DNA from: Mobula birostris
Lineage: Eukaryota
Length of the DNA stretch: 64,000 bases
NCBI RefSeq assembly: GCF_030028105.1
Contig: NC_092377.1
Coordinates: 138,486,104 to 138,550,103 of the forward strand
Direction: 5' to 3'
In this document: positions 26,234 through 39,372 of the stretch, one piece after another
Layout: each line of letters starts with the position of its first letter
How positions within the stretch are numbered: the first letter of the stretch is position 1
Notes under the pieces: model-generated
Told to the model about the DNA's origin: nothing
Databases searched by the model: none
The model's input: only the letters and a program-made list of their open reading frames with translations
Position numbers and translations under genes: made by a program

Positions 26234-27587
26234 AGAATGGAATGGTCATAATAGTAATAGAAGATTCTTACTCACCAGGTCTGTGTGTTAGTTCATCTGA
26301 ACAAGGACAATGGCAATTGTGCTGGGAGATGATGGCTGGGAAGGATGATGGGGTCAGCAGGGTGGAAATCAGGTAGGTTCCCCCTTTTTATTGATTGCCT
26401 GCAAAAAGTTCACAGGTCCAGCACCAAGTGATGACAGGATCAGGCTCGGAAGAGATTCCTCCCTGATCAAATTGTATGTGTGCAGAGAAAACACCTGGTT
26501 AGGGGTAATTGTTCTTGCAGCCATGATTTCTGGAAACCCACCCAAGAAGGGCAGGGAAAGATTTGGAGGGAAAAATAAAGACAAGGAATAGAATGATATG
26601 TTAAAAGTGAAAGGCAAGCATACTTCTCAAACACAGACAGCACTGGGCTCAAACATGTTTTAATGGAAAGGGTTGTGTTAATCACTATGCCTCTGCAGCA
26701 GAGGGTGCAGGAGTATAAGTGGAAAAAAACAGCAGAAGAATTGTTGGACAAACAGAGTTTTTCTATTCATGAATATACAATCTGAAGCAATAAGGAAAAA
26801 TGATTTAGCTCCAGTTGTTAATATAACTTATTCTTGCAGCTTCTCTCATATATGAAAAGTTCTGATATAAAGATTTCCATTAAGTCCCAAATCCCACTTT
26901 TCTAAAGGGGATCCACATTTATTTCAGTAATGGGAAAATGCACACAATTGCACAGAGACAGTGTGACAAACTGACAGAGACTGACATTATTCGGAATATA
27001 TGCGCAGTATATAAAAGAAAGAAGACAATTACATGACAGGTAATTAACATTATATATGGTTTTCATGAATGCAGTAAATTGAAAAAGAGATAAGAACAGA
27101 AAGTAATTACATAATTTTTACCAGGACCTTTTAGCCTATTTTTCCAGCAGAGCCTCTGTGCAGCCCATATATCACATGCTCAGGCTTTGTTATTGGACAA
27201 ACCTGGAAAGGCCTAAGGCTTGCTTAAATGATAACGTAGTTTGGAGAGTACAAATGTGAAAAAAGGTGGTCTGTGCAAACTAAACAATAATCTGTCCAAA
27301 CATTTGTAGAGGAGAAAAAGATATTTGAATTTCTGATTGCAAGGACAAATTTTGCCATTATGTATTATGCTCTGCTCCCTGTATGTTCATGACTGTGTGG
27401 CCAGATTCTGCTCTAATTACATGCACAAGTTTCAAATATTCAAATATTCAAAGAATATATAAATTATACAACCTTGAGATTTGTCTGCTTACAGGCAGCC
27501 ACAAAGCAAGAAACCTGAATAACCCAATTTATAAAAAAAGACCAAAAAGCGCTGCGCAGAGAAAGAGAGAAAAAAAACACAAATCAT

Positions 27588-28270
27588 TAGATTAGATTAG
27601 GTTATGAGGACACTCAGTCCTCGTTTATTGTCATTTAGAAATGCATGCATTAAAAAATGATACAATGTTCCTCCAGAGTGATATCACAGAAACACAAGAC
27701 AAACCAAGACTAAAACTGACAAAACCACATAATTATAACATATAGTTACAACAGTGCAAAGCAATACCATACTTTGATAAAGAGCAGACCATGGGCACGG
27801 TAAAAAAAAGTCTCAAAGTTCCGATAGCCTCATCATCTCACGCAGACAGTAGAAGGGAGAAACTCTCCCTGCCATGAACCTATAAGCACCGCAAACTTGC
27901 GGATGCCGCACCATTCGAAGCACCCGACCGCAGCCAACTCTGAGTCCGTCCGAAAACTTTGAGCCTCCGACCAGCCCTCCGACACTGAGCACCAAGCGTC
28001 ATCCTCTGCCAAGCGCTTCGACCCCGCCCTGGCCGCCGAGCAACAAGCAAAGCCGAGGACTCAGGGCTTTCCCCTCCGGAGATTCTGGACCACACAGTAG
28101 CAGCGGCAGTGAAACAGGCATTTCAGAAGTTTCACCAGATGTTCCTTCGTGCTCTCACGTTTGTCTCCATCAAATCAGGATTGTGCACGGCACCCTACTT
28201 GACAGGTAACAGATATCACCACTGGAGTGGCTACTGCGAGCTGCGTCGCGCTGCCAACTTCTCCTCCCGC
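27588..28270 (-). mobile_element. Young CpG-rich non-autonomous retroelement with (AATCT)n tail and 8-bp TSD
   Basis: CAAATCAT at 27580-27587 and 28271-28278; attagattagattag tail; no RT ORF. Confidence 0.8.
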
Positions 28271-28297
28271 CAAATCATGCAAACTATAGAAGCAAGC

Positions 28298-29190
28298 TGT
28301 GACAAAAGAGGGTTACAAAAGTACACATAGACTAAGATGTTAACTGTCCTGTGCTATCACAAGTGGAATCATCAGTTGATCTGCCACCTGTCTTCAGGAG
28401 AGAGAGATAAGTAAGACAATAGGACAGCATTTGGAAATGCTAATGAGGAGACGAGAGAGTTTAACGGAAGGAGACACCGGTCTGAGTATTGTCAAGATCG
28501 GCTGCTTTGAACCCTGAACTGTTTGAAGTCTGATGGACAGGCGATACCCCAACAGGGGGGATAAAAAGGGACAGGTTCGCTAAGGCAACAGACACCACGA
28601 GGTAACGAGACCCTGGAAGCAGTGCACCCCCACAAGTCGGTGGGAGTTTTGGAGGGCTGGTCATAGGACCAGCCATAGACGCACAGGGTGGAAAGATACG
28701 GTCGGCGGGAACCTGGTGTGTGTGTCCGCCCTTGCCTGGGTGTCAGGTTCACCACCGAGGAGCGATCGTATCTGGAACGGAGGGGTCACAGTCGGTGACC
28801 TCAGAAGTCATTACAAAGGGCTCGCCCGAAAGCTGACTGCGAGGAATATCGAAGGTCTGTTTGGAATCCGATTTGAATATTCATTCGTTCTCTCTCTCTC
28901 TCTCTCTCCAACAGCGCAACAGCGATTACTGCGAACTGAACTAAACTGAACTCTGTCACTTGTGATTGATCATTTTACCCCTAGACTGCGATAGAGCTGA
29001 TTGACCCTATTATCCTAATTCTGTGTACATGTGTGTTTATTCATTGCTAACCTGTTGCATTTATATTCTTACTATTAGAGTACTGTGTTGCTTATTTCTT
29101 TAATAAAACTTTCTTAGTTCCAGTAATCCAGACTCCAACTGAGTGGTCCATTTCTGCTGGTTTGGCAACCCAGTTACGGGGTACGTAACA
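28298..29190 (+). mobile_element. Solo LTR (Gypsy-like), 893 bp
   Basis: TGTGAC...GTAACA termini, 4-bp TSD AAGC (28294-97, 29191-94), TATA-like GATAAAAA at ~28560, AATAAA at ~29102. Confidence 0.88.
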
Positions 29191-29849
29191 AAGCCAACAG
29201 CCTTCCAAACCAGACTGGGTCCCCAAATCCACTCTCGCAACAGCTGGGGTAGGCCCAAGCCTTGATCCCAGTTCATCACACACCAGCGGGGCAAAATTGT
29301 GTAACAGCCGGATCAGTTCACAGCCTTGGCACCGCTGAGAAAGAATGAACCTTTGCGGGAGAGCGAATAAAATCAGCTCGACCCTTACCTCTGTTCCGAC
29401 CCTCAGGCTTTCTAGTCTATCTGTGCCAACGTTTAAGTTGTCCAAGTACCGGATAGTGCCTCACTCCAAGACCCAGGCCCTGGCGCCTCATTATCCTTGG
29501 GCCACCCGGCCCGAAGTCATTCTCAAGCTCACCAAATCGGCTCAGCGCTTGGAGTGATCCAACCTCACAACCGGGTTAGGCGAACGGGCATCAAAACTCT
29601 TCCGCACCGACTCCTTTCCAAATCACTGACTCCATCTCCAGCAGCGATTACACTAACTGGGTCTGCGAACCTGGGTTGGACACGTTGCACCTTGCAATGC
29701 CCCAGCAAAGCTCAACCCCCAAACCAGCCTCGCCTCCGTCTGCCTCCTCACCGTCTGCAGTGATAGTTCACCACCATTTGCAGGAGATCCCGCCGTAATG
29801 GGCTGATTTCAAATAACAATTGAGTTGGATTTCAGAAAGGGGGTATGAG

Positions 29850-30960
29850 ACCTTAGTAATGTGGTTCCTCGTCAACAAGCTTTCCTTCATTATCAGCAAA
29901 ACAGAAGAGCATGTCAGGAAGGAGGAGTGATACACATGCTCCTGTCTGCATCAGTGGTGTTGAGGATGAGGGGTTGAAGGGTTTAGAGCTTCAAGTTCTG
30001 AGGGGTGAACATGATCAGTAGATTGGCCTGGTTCAACCACATAGAAGCCATGATCAAAGAAGGTCACTATTGCCTCTGCTTCCTCTGGAAACTATAGAAA
30101 TTTGTCAAGCCCCCAACGACCCTGTTGCTACACCATATAAAGCATTCCATCTGGATGCGTCAAAGCTTGGTATAGCAAGTGCTTTGCACGTGACCCCAGG
30201 AAACTGCAGAGATTTGTGAGCGCAGCTGAGGACATCATGGAATTCAGCCTCCTCTCCATAGACTCTGTCTACACTTCCCAGTGTCCCATTAAAGCAGCCA
30301 GCATAATCAAAGCCCACACCCACACCAGACATTCTCTCTTCTCCCCTCTTCCACTGGGGAGAAGATAAATAACTCTGAAAACATGCACCTCCAGGCTCAA
30401 CAACACCTCCTATTCCACTGTTCTAAGACAGCTGGATAGTCTCCTAGTACAATGACATGGACCCTCGACCTCACAGTCTAGCTCGTTATGATCCTACACC
30501 TTCTCTGATGGTGGTAATGAGAAGAGGGCATGTCACAGGTGATGGGGGTCCTTAATAATGGATGCTGTATTTTGAGGCATCGCCTTTTGAGGATGTGCTC
30601 GATGGTGGGGAAGATAGTGCCCACGATGGCGCTGGCTGAGTTTACAACACTGTAGCTTTCTCCCATCCTGTCTATACCAGACGGTGATAACCAGTTAGAA
30701 TGTTCTCCATAGTACATCTGTAGAAATTCGCTAGATTCTTTGGTGACATATCAAACCTCTTAAAACTCCTAATGAAATATAACTTTGGCGTGTCTTCTTT
30801 GTAGTTGCATCAATACGTTGGGCCCAGGACAGATCTTCTGAGGTGCTGATTCCCAGGAACTTGAAGCTGTTCACACTTTCCACCACTGACCCATCAATGA
30901 GAACTGGTGTGTCTTCCCCTGACTTCCCCTTCCTGGAGACCACAATCAATACCTTGGTCT
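29850..30960. mobile_element. Two Rex1 fragments in opposite orientation (+29850-30500; -30500-30960)
   Basis: Both show the VxSFKFLG...LSW Rex1 ORF end on opposite strands. Confidence 0.75.
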
Positions 30961-31416
30961 GGTATTGATGTCAATGGAACTTCTTCTAACCTAAGGGACA
31001 CGGGCAAAGGTAGATACATGGGGGAAGGTCACAGATAAGCCATATATGGCTGAAGGGCCTCAGGAGTCTTTCCCCGTATTTTAGTATCCATGGAGGTAAC
31101 TTACTGAGTCACAGACTGGCACAGCTCAGAAACAGGCCCTTCGGCTCACTAGGCCCACGCTAGCTATTGTGCCAATCTACACAATTCCCATTTGCCCATG
31201 TCAGGTCAGTATTCTTTATTCCTTGTCTATTTATGTGAATATCTAAATGCCTTTTAAACATTGTGATAGTATCTGCCTCCACTACCTTCTCTCTCAGCTT
31301 ATTCCAAGTAGCAACCACTCTCTATGGGAAAAATGTTCCCCTTAAATCTCCTTCCTCTCATCTCAAATCTGTGCCTTTTGTTTTTGATACTCCTACAATG
31401 AGATTAAGTAACTGAC

Positions 31417-31745
31417 CAACGTTCCCTCTAAGGTGTGGGCGTGCACACTTCTTTTACTCCAAGCGCACAGAGGAATTTAAATGGCGCACAAAAGGTTGTC
31501 ACCCTCTACCTCGTTGGCATGTTAAGTATATTTCACAATTGTACACAATCTCATTTCCTTTCCCGGTTTCTGACGCGGACAGTGTTGACAACGTCTGCAG
31601 ATTTTAGAACTGGCTTATTTATACCGTTTTTATTGAAGGAATTAAAGAAATTATTCAGTGCGCACATGTTGTTGTCACTGGGCAAAAAATTGCACAGCAC
31701 AAGGTTATTGTGCACACTGGTCATTACAAATTAGAGGGAACATTG
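31417..31745. mobile_element. hAT-like MITE inserted in a CR1 fragment
   Basis: TIRs CAACGTTCCCTCTAA / TTAGAGGGAACATTG; TSD degenerate. Confidence 0.75.
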
Positions 31746-33685
31746 AATCTTACTATCTAGTCTATCTATGCCTCTCTGAATCTGATGTACCATTATCACC
31801 TCACCCCTCCTTCTGATAGGATGGCTTCTAGAAGTGAATATGTATAACAGTGATGCACCATCTATAACTCCAAAAGACTGGAAGTAGAGTAAATACTGAC
31901 AGGCTTTTATTAGCAGTAAAATGTGACCTCCATCATACTGAGTACCTGCCCCTGGACTGAGGAGGAGGAGCAATGGCACAATCGTCTTTATTCAGGGCTC
32001 TGTGGGAGGAGCCACAGGAGCAGTCAGCAGAGAGGCGTGTCCAGCCAGGTAACCTAGTTACAACATGTATATATGGTTTATCACAAACAGGCAACAATAG
32101 AGTGGTCTCAGTTTTCTCTGAGCAATGCACTTGTATGCTAGATTCTGTGCTTGTACTTATAGTGTCTTTCAAACCAATAATTTAACATTCAACTGTGCTA
32201 TACAAAAGAGAGCCTCATGCTAGTAAAGAGCAACAAATGGAATATTACACTTTACACCACAGCAATATTTAGAATTAATAACTTAACAATTCTTATTTAT
32301 GAGTTCAGTTTTCACAAGTTGCATTTTATTAAATTCTCTCAACTTGTTTATATTGTAAATGAGGTTGAACACTATTAATTTCATTGTTAAAGCCTTCTGA
32401 TGCTCATTATAATTTAACACAAGGCTTTCCCCACATACAAATCAGTATGGAAGGTTGCACAGAGGACAGGAGATACAGATTAACTTCCAGCCCTTAGGGT
32501 AAGCATGTAGAAGAATGGAGATCGTAGGGATGGGTTCTGAACAATAATTTTGTCGGCACCAATTGAAAATTGATCTCTTTTTGTTGGGAAAGCAAATAAA
32601 TTGTCTGAAGTCATGAAAAAAGATGTCACAGAGTCACATAGCATGGAGAAAGCCCTTCAGTACACAGTCTCTGTGTTGACCATTAAGTATCTAGCTATAC
32701 TAGTCTCATTTTCCAGCAGCTGGTCCACAGCCTTTTGTGCCATGGTGCCAAGTGCTCATCGAAACTCATCTTAAATGTGTTAATAGTGGTTATAGTATCT
32801 CACCAACTCCTCAGGCCAGGAGTCCCAGATTTCCCAACCTCAGCGTTAGAAGAAATCCTCTGAACATCTCTTTCCCATTACATTAAACATATATTTTCTT
32901 GCTATAGATACTTCTGCTAAGCCTCTCATTATGTCTCTCATAATTTTATGTACTGAACCTCTATTAAGCATACCTCCAGCCTTCTTCACTACAAAGGAAA
33001 CAAATCTAAGCAACCAGTCTCCCCCTGTAGGTAAAATGTTCCATCACATACAACATCCTAGTGAACCTTCTTCAGTGCAATCACATCCTTTCTGTGGTGT
33101 AGTGACTGGCATTGCACACAATACTCTAGCCGTGGTCTAATGTTTTATGTGATAGCACCATAAATTCCATACTCTTCCATTCCACGCCCTGATAATGAGG
33201 GGAGATATCCCGCATGCCATCTTTACCTTATCTTCTCCCTGCCTCAGATATACATTACATTAAGTATCCTCTATTCCCGAGTTTTCCCTAAGTCCTTTAC
33301 AGTTTATGTATCTGAGCAAAAGTGTCACTTCAAGATTATGTTCCTTCAGCCATTTCTCTGCTCATCAACATTAATGTAGGATTGCTGTAAATGAGTGGTT
33401 AATGGTGACTGATAACTACCTTCTTTATTGATAACGGTACTCGTTTTTGTGTCATCTGCAACTTGCTAATCATACCTCATCATTCTCTTGAGGATCATTA
33501 AAGTACAGGCAGTCGCTTGGTAGCAAACGAGCTCTGTTTTTAGAGACATCCAGAAGTCAATGTTGTTCAGAAGAATCACTTGATGTTGTAATCATATCTC
33601 AGTGGTATTTGGCCCGTCTGGTCTGTGCCAGCTGGATTTATGCTGTCCCATTTACCAGCAACCAGACCTCTCCCATCCATGTGCC

Positions 33686-34037
33686 TAGACAGGGTGGATG
33701 TGGAGAGGATATTTCCTATGGTGGGGGAACCGAGAACTAGAGGGCACAGACTCAAAATTGAGGGGTGACCCTTTAGAACAGAGGTAAGGAGGAATTCTTT
33801 TAGCCTGAGAGTCGTGAATCTGTGGAATGCTCTGCCACACACTGTGGTGGAGGCCAAGTCCATGGATATATTTAAGGCAGAAGTTGATAGTTTCCTGATC
33901 AGTCATGACATCAAAGGACATAGCAAGAAAGCAGGTGTATGGGGTTGAGTGGGATCCGAGATCAGCCACGATGGAATGTCGGGGCAGACTCGATGGGCTG
34001 AATGGCCTAATTCTGCTCCCAAGTCTTATGGTCTTAT
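33686..34037 (+). mobile_element. CR1 LINE 3' end
   Basis: Same family as 19900-20335 and 11920-12480. Confidence 0.8.
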
Positions 34038-34377
34038 GTACATATCCAAACTTCTCAAATGTTACAAGTGAACTCGTATCTACCAATTCTGCTGGCTGCT
34101 CATTTGACAATCAAGGTTCAAAGTAAATTTACTATCAAAGTATGTCACTGTATGCTACTTTGAAGTTCATTTTCTTGCAGGAAAATAAAGAAGTACAATA
34201 GAATTTATGAAAAAACACACCTACACAAAGACCGACAAACAACCTAAGTGCAAAAGAAGATGAATAATACAAATAATAAAAAGGTAAATGAATAATACCA
34301 AGAACATAAGTTGTAGAGTCCTTGAAAGTGAGTCCACAAGTCGTGGAGTCAGTTCAGTGTTGAGGTGAGTGAAGTTC

Positions 34378-35855
34378 AAACTTCCAGCTGTCAAAGACCT
34401 ACTTAAAAAGCCAAACCTTAAAAGTGAGGTACTAGCTAACTACAGGCCTATATCAAATCTTCCCTTCTTGGGCAAGCTTCTTGAGGATGTAATTTTCAGC
34501 CAACCCAACAGCTTTCTGAATGAGAAGAATATTCTAGAAAAGGTTCAGTCAGGTTTTGGAGCAAACCATAGCATGCAGATGGCCCTTCCGAAAGTTGTCA
34601 GTGACCTTAGGCTCAGCACTGATGCCAACAGAGCCTCAGTTGTAATTCTTCTAGATCTAAGTGCTGCCTTCAAAACAATTGACTACAGCACTCTCTGAGA
34701 TCACCTTGAGAACTGGGTTGGCCCCTATGGTAGCACCCTTAATTGACTTTGCTCACATATCTCAGAGGGAAAATTGTTTGCCTGTCTTGGTGATAATTTT
34801 TCTAAAAGATACAATTAACCTTTTGGTGTTGCTCAGGGAAACTGTCTTGGTCCTCTATTCTTCTTGTTATACATACACCCCTTAGGAGACGTCATTGGAG
34901 AGCATAAACGTGATTTCCACAGTTATGATGATGACACACAATTGTATAGGTCAGTTGAGCCTGTAGGTGATAACACCCTATCTTCTCTGACTTCTGTTTT
35001 GGCTGCAATAAACAAATGGACGAGTAATAATTCCCCAAAACTAAATTGTTAAAACTAATATACTTTTAGCTGGTCTCAAAGCCAAAAGAGATAAACTTCT
35101 GGATTAAACTTGGGAGCTTGGCTCCCCTTGTGAAATCAGAAGTAACTAGTCTGGTTTTTAACCTTCATTCAGATTTGGATTTTAAATCCCTCATAAAGAA
35201 GATGACCAGAGCAGCATTTCTACACTTCAGAAATATTACAAAGGTAAGTACTTTTCTGTCATGTAATGATGCTGAAAAACTAATTCATACCTTTTTTATA
35301 GAATAGACTAAATTATTGCAATGCACTTTTTTACTGGCCTTGCAATGCAATCTATAGACAAACTTCAACTCATTCAGAATGTCACTGTTAGATTTTTAGC
35401 AGGACGAGGGAGCATATAATTCCCGTCTTAACTACTCTGCAATGGCTTCCTGTATCTTTTCAAATTGTTTTTAAAGTTCTCTTACTTGCTTTTAAAACTC
35501 CTAATGATCTGGGCTGGAGTACATCACAGAATCACTTTTGTTTTATAATCCTGCTCAAGCTCTCAGGTCTTCTTCCACTGTCTCTTAAATTTAAACAATC
35601 TCCCTCAAAGACAATTGGCGGTCAGCTTTCTTTAAGTACGCTCTTAAACTGTGAAAGTCAATACCTAAAACTATAAGAGATACCCAGACTCAGCTGGCAC
35701 TTTTAAATGCCAACTCAAAACTGATTTATTTAACTTGCTTTTAAGTAACATAATTTTGTCTTTTGCTTTTATGTTTGCACTTTATCCTATTCTAAAACAC
35801 TTTGAACTACATCATTTGTATGAAAAGTGCTCTATAAATAAGTTACTATTATTAT
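34378..35855 (+). mobile_element. L2-clade LINE, truncated and degraded, (TAT)n tail
   Basis: LKKPNL...[44 protein letters not shown]; 3' end aaagtgctctataaataagttactattattatt. Confidence 0.9.
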
Positions 35856-35857
35856 TT

Positions 35858-38800
35858 TTTTCCTCAGCTCAAGCTGGTAAAACCTGAGGTTCGGGCATAG
35901 ACAAGCCCATTCATTTATCAATTGCAAGGAACTTTTGGACTATTCTCATGGTGTTTGGTATTGTGGCTTTCTGAAGATTTACATAGGTATTACTGTGTAG
36001 CCCTAATTGTTTAATACTATTGTGTAAAGCCTTTGGGATGATACCAGTTGTAGATATTACTATTGGGACAATGTATATCCTGTTCATGTTGCATGGTCTT
36101 TCAGCTTCCTCTTTTAATTCAGCATTTTCTGGTGTTTTTCACTTATTGATTTCTTTAAGTTATGTGTGTTTGGAATGGTAATATCCATTAAGTAAGTTGT
36201 TCTTACTTGTTTATCCTGTATTATTATATCCAGCTGGTTATTATGGATTGTCCTATCTCTGATTGATCAGTCATAATACAATTTGTGGTATTCTGACTCT
36301 AAAACCGGATCAGGCTTGTACTTATAGGAAGGTGTGATTCCTTTTATGAGTTTGTATTTTAAAGTAAGATTTTGATGAATAATGTTTGCCACTTGATTGT
36401 GCCTATGTAAAGTAATCAGATTGAGCTAAACTGCTACAGGATCCTGTAATGTGTTGGATTTTTCTAGTTTTTCTCAGTATTTTCTACATTTATCACCTTG
36501 TATTTGTTGGTGTTTTGTTTTATATTTTTGATAATCTTTTGTGTTAACCACTTGGTCCTGTGCTGTCACAAGGAACCTTTCTGTTTCTGGGAAGAGGTCT
36601 CCAACTCTGAGCCAGGAGTTCGATGCTTCTTTGTCGACATCCAGTCTGCTCAGATTGTGGGGATGTTTTCCATGGAGGGTCATGCTCCTCCATTGCTTAA
36701 CTTTTTCTTCAATGGTGATAATGTCTTCATTTTTTCAGGGCTGTCCTCTCATTTAAGTTTAGTGTTGTATATTTCCTATCAGAATTGTGTGGAGTGCTGA
36801 TTCCTGTTTTCATTGATACAAATATATCCTTAGATGTTTTATCCGACTGATGTGTAGTTTTTTTAATGTCTATTATTCCTCTTTCCCCCTTCTGTCCTAG
36901 GTAGTGTTAATCTCAGCTCATATGAATGTATAAAATGTTTACTGAAATTGGTCATTTCATTTCTTATTTTTCTTTATAAATTTTCCACATTGGTTTTGGA
37001 CCAAGATACTATGCCAAAAGAAGACGTTAATATGGGTATAGTGGAAGTGTTTATTGCCTTTGTTATACTTTTACTGTTGCGTTGGCAGATTTTCTTAAGC
37101 CTTGAAATAAATTCTGCCAAAAGTTTTCCCTTTATCATGTTATGATCTATTTTCTTCCCTTGTTGATATCTCAGATGCTTGTACGTTTCATATTCATCCA
37201 TCCATTGTATTGTATCCTGCTGCTCTGTTTTTTTTAAAATTCTATCAGCTTTCTATCATCTTTCTTTATGTTTAATGTTCTGCATTTATCCAGTCCAAAG
37301 TTCATGTCTATATCTTTCGAAAGTAGTTCTGCTATTTGAATTAATTGCTTTAGCTTAACTGATGAAGGAGCATATACAAACGTTTGTAATTTCAAATCAT
37401 CCGTCTATAGAAGGTGTGTTAAGGTACAGCTCATTTAGTTGTTTCTGATTTGATACCCAATTTTCCTCTGATTCGGTAAATTAGAGAGCAAGTTTAAAGC
37501 TATACAGAACCATATTGGGCTTAGAGAGTCAATGTGGAAAATGCCACGGTTTATTTTGATAATGGTGGTTGTTCTTTTCTGGCTGTTAATAGATCGGATG
37601 ATTATAGTACACCAATGTTTCATCAGATGTTGCAGTATTGGGTGTAGTTTATATATATTAAGAACTTTTGCTAACCCTGAGAAAGGGGCCGGGTCAAATA
37701 CCTTTTGGTAGTCAATATAGCAACATGAAAGATTTCTGCTTTTCCACCGGGCTTGATCTAGAGTTACAGAATCTATTATCAGTTGTGCTTTACATTCCTT
37801 CATACCCTTACAGCATCCTCTCTGCTCTTCTGCAAGCGTATTGTGGTTATCTAATTGAGTGGTGATCAGTCGTGAGATATGAAATGTTATAAGTTTTTAC
37901 TTAGCTTGTAAACAAGTAATAGGAGGGTATTTTGATGGATCTTTTGTGATTTCCCCTTCAGGCAAAAGGTATGTTTTACCTTCTGTCAAAAATTTGGGCA
38001 TTTTTTCAGGATTTTTAAGAAAATTGTTGATATGCATTAATAGATGTGCATAAATGGTTGAAGGCAAGTATATGTTTTATACGAATAATTCTGAATATTA
38101 TCACTGCCAGTATTTGGATTTTGGATCTCCCCCTCCCCCTCCAACTTTCAAATCCCTTACTCACTCTTCCTTCAGTTAGTCCTGACGAAGGGTCTTGGCC
38201 TTAAACGTCGACTGTCCCTCTTCCTAGAGATGCTTCCTGGCCTGCTGCGTTCACCAGCAACTTTGATGTGTGTTGCTTGAATTTCCAGCATCTGCAGAAT
38301 TCCTGTTGTTCACTGCCAGTATTTTTCTAGTTTGTGGATATTTTTATAACCTCTTTCAGCGTATCTATTGTAACTTCAGGTATTTGCATTTCTTCAATCG
38401 TTTGCGTGTGTGTGTTCTTTTTCCTCCCCAATCCAGCTTGCTTCTTGATTGCGTGTCACCCTGTTTGACCAGACGTTAGACCAAAATTCGTTATCTCTGT
38501 GTTTGTTGGTAATTCTGTGCTGGGGTTGGTGACGTTGTGGTGTGTCGAATTTAGTTTCGATGTACTGTGTAAACCTTTCTCATTGTTTCTGAACTGATAC
38601 AGTATTCTGTTTTATTTGGTGCATTTCATGTATCTATTTAGTCTGGCTTTGTATGCACCAAGCTCTTGTTTTAGTGTATCTATAAACTTTACAGTGCTTT
38701 TGTTAGGCTGATTTTATCTTGTATGGATCTTATATTTCCATAGTATTTCCTTAACTTTCCTTTTAACTTTCTTGCTCAGGTTATCCTTTCTATACTCCAT

Positions 38801-38876
38801 TAAGCGGTCTATTTCTGCTCTTCAGCTTCAATTTTGTTTTATAATCTCTTCGGCCATTTTGATGTTCTCATTTCAA
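35858..38876 (-). mobile_element. R4/Dong-clade (RLE) non-LTR retrotransposon, ~3 kb, degraded
   Basis: QLIIDS...YIDYQKVFD...RGIFHIDSLSPIWFCIALN, YKHLRYQQ, LHGKH...SNSWL...LFPETERFLVTAQDQV, plus C-terminal NNxPDII-type RLE remnant. Confidence 0.85.
38116..38309 (+). mobile_element. Penelope-derived ~195-bp hammerhead element nested in Dong, perfect 15-bp TSD
   Basis: TCACTGCCAGTATTT at 38101-38115 and 38310-38324; hammerhead 38178-38213 with GAAA changed to TAAA. Confidence 0.9.
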
Positions 38877-38887
38877 TATTATTATCT

Positions 38888-39372
38888 GTTTTTTTCCTCA
38901 GCTCAAGCTGGTAAAACCTGAGGTGAGGGCAGAGCCAAGCATGCTCAGTTGTCAATTGCTAGGAACTTTTGAACTTTCAATGTTGTTTAGCATTGAGGCT
39001 TTCTGAAGATTTATATAGATATTGCTGTGTAGCCCTAACTGTTCAATGCTATTGTGTAGTGACGTTGGGTTGACACCAGTTGTAGATATTACTATCGGGA
39101 CAATGAATACCCTGTTCATGTTCCAAAGTCTTTCAATTTCCTCTCTTAATTCAGCATATTTCTGGTGTTTTTCACTTATTGATTTCTGTAAGTTATGTGT
39201 GTTTGGAATGGCTATATCTATTAAATAAGTTGTTCTTTTTTGTTTATCCTGTATTATTGTATCTGCGCAGTTATTATGGATTGTCCTATCTGTAATAACT
39301 GATCAGCCATAATATAATTTGTGGTTGTCTGACTCTAAAAGTGTATCAGGCTTGTATTTATAGTAAGGTATG
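38888..39372 (-). mobile_element. Second, 5'-truncated R4/Dong copy
   Basis: Same 3' terminus tttttttcctcagctcaagctggtaaaacctgaggt as at 35858; flanked by TAT repeats (38878-38886, 39373-39402). Confidence 0.85.

Larger units (their letters stand above)
27428..29825 (-). mobile_element. Non-coding host retroelement (TTTGAA-type tail) interrupted by two younger insertions; second copy at ~44105-46040
   Basis: ttgagatttg...acagg(c/t)agccacaaagcaagaaac and caaatcatg...caacagc...caaacca...gtaggcccaa blocks recur at 44158-44200, 45404-45411 and 45962-46030. Right boundary uncertain. Confidence 0.6.
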
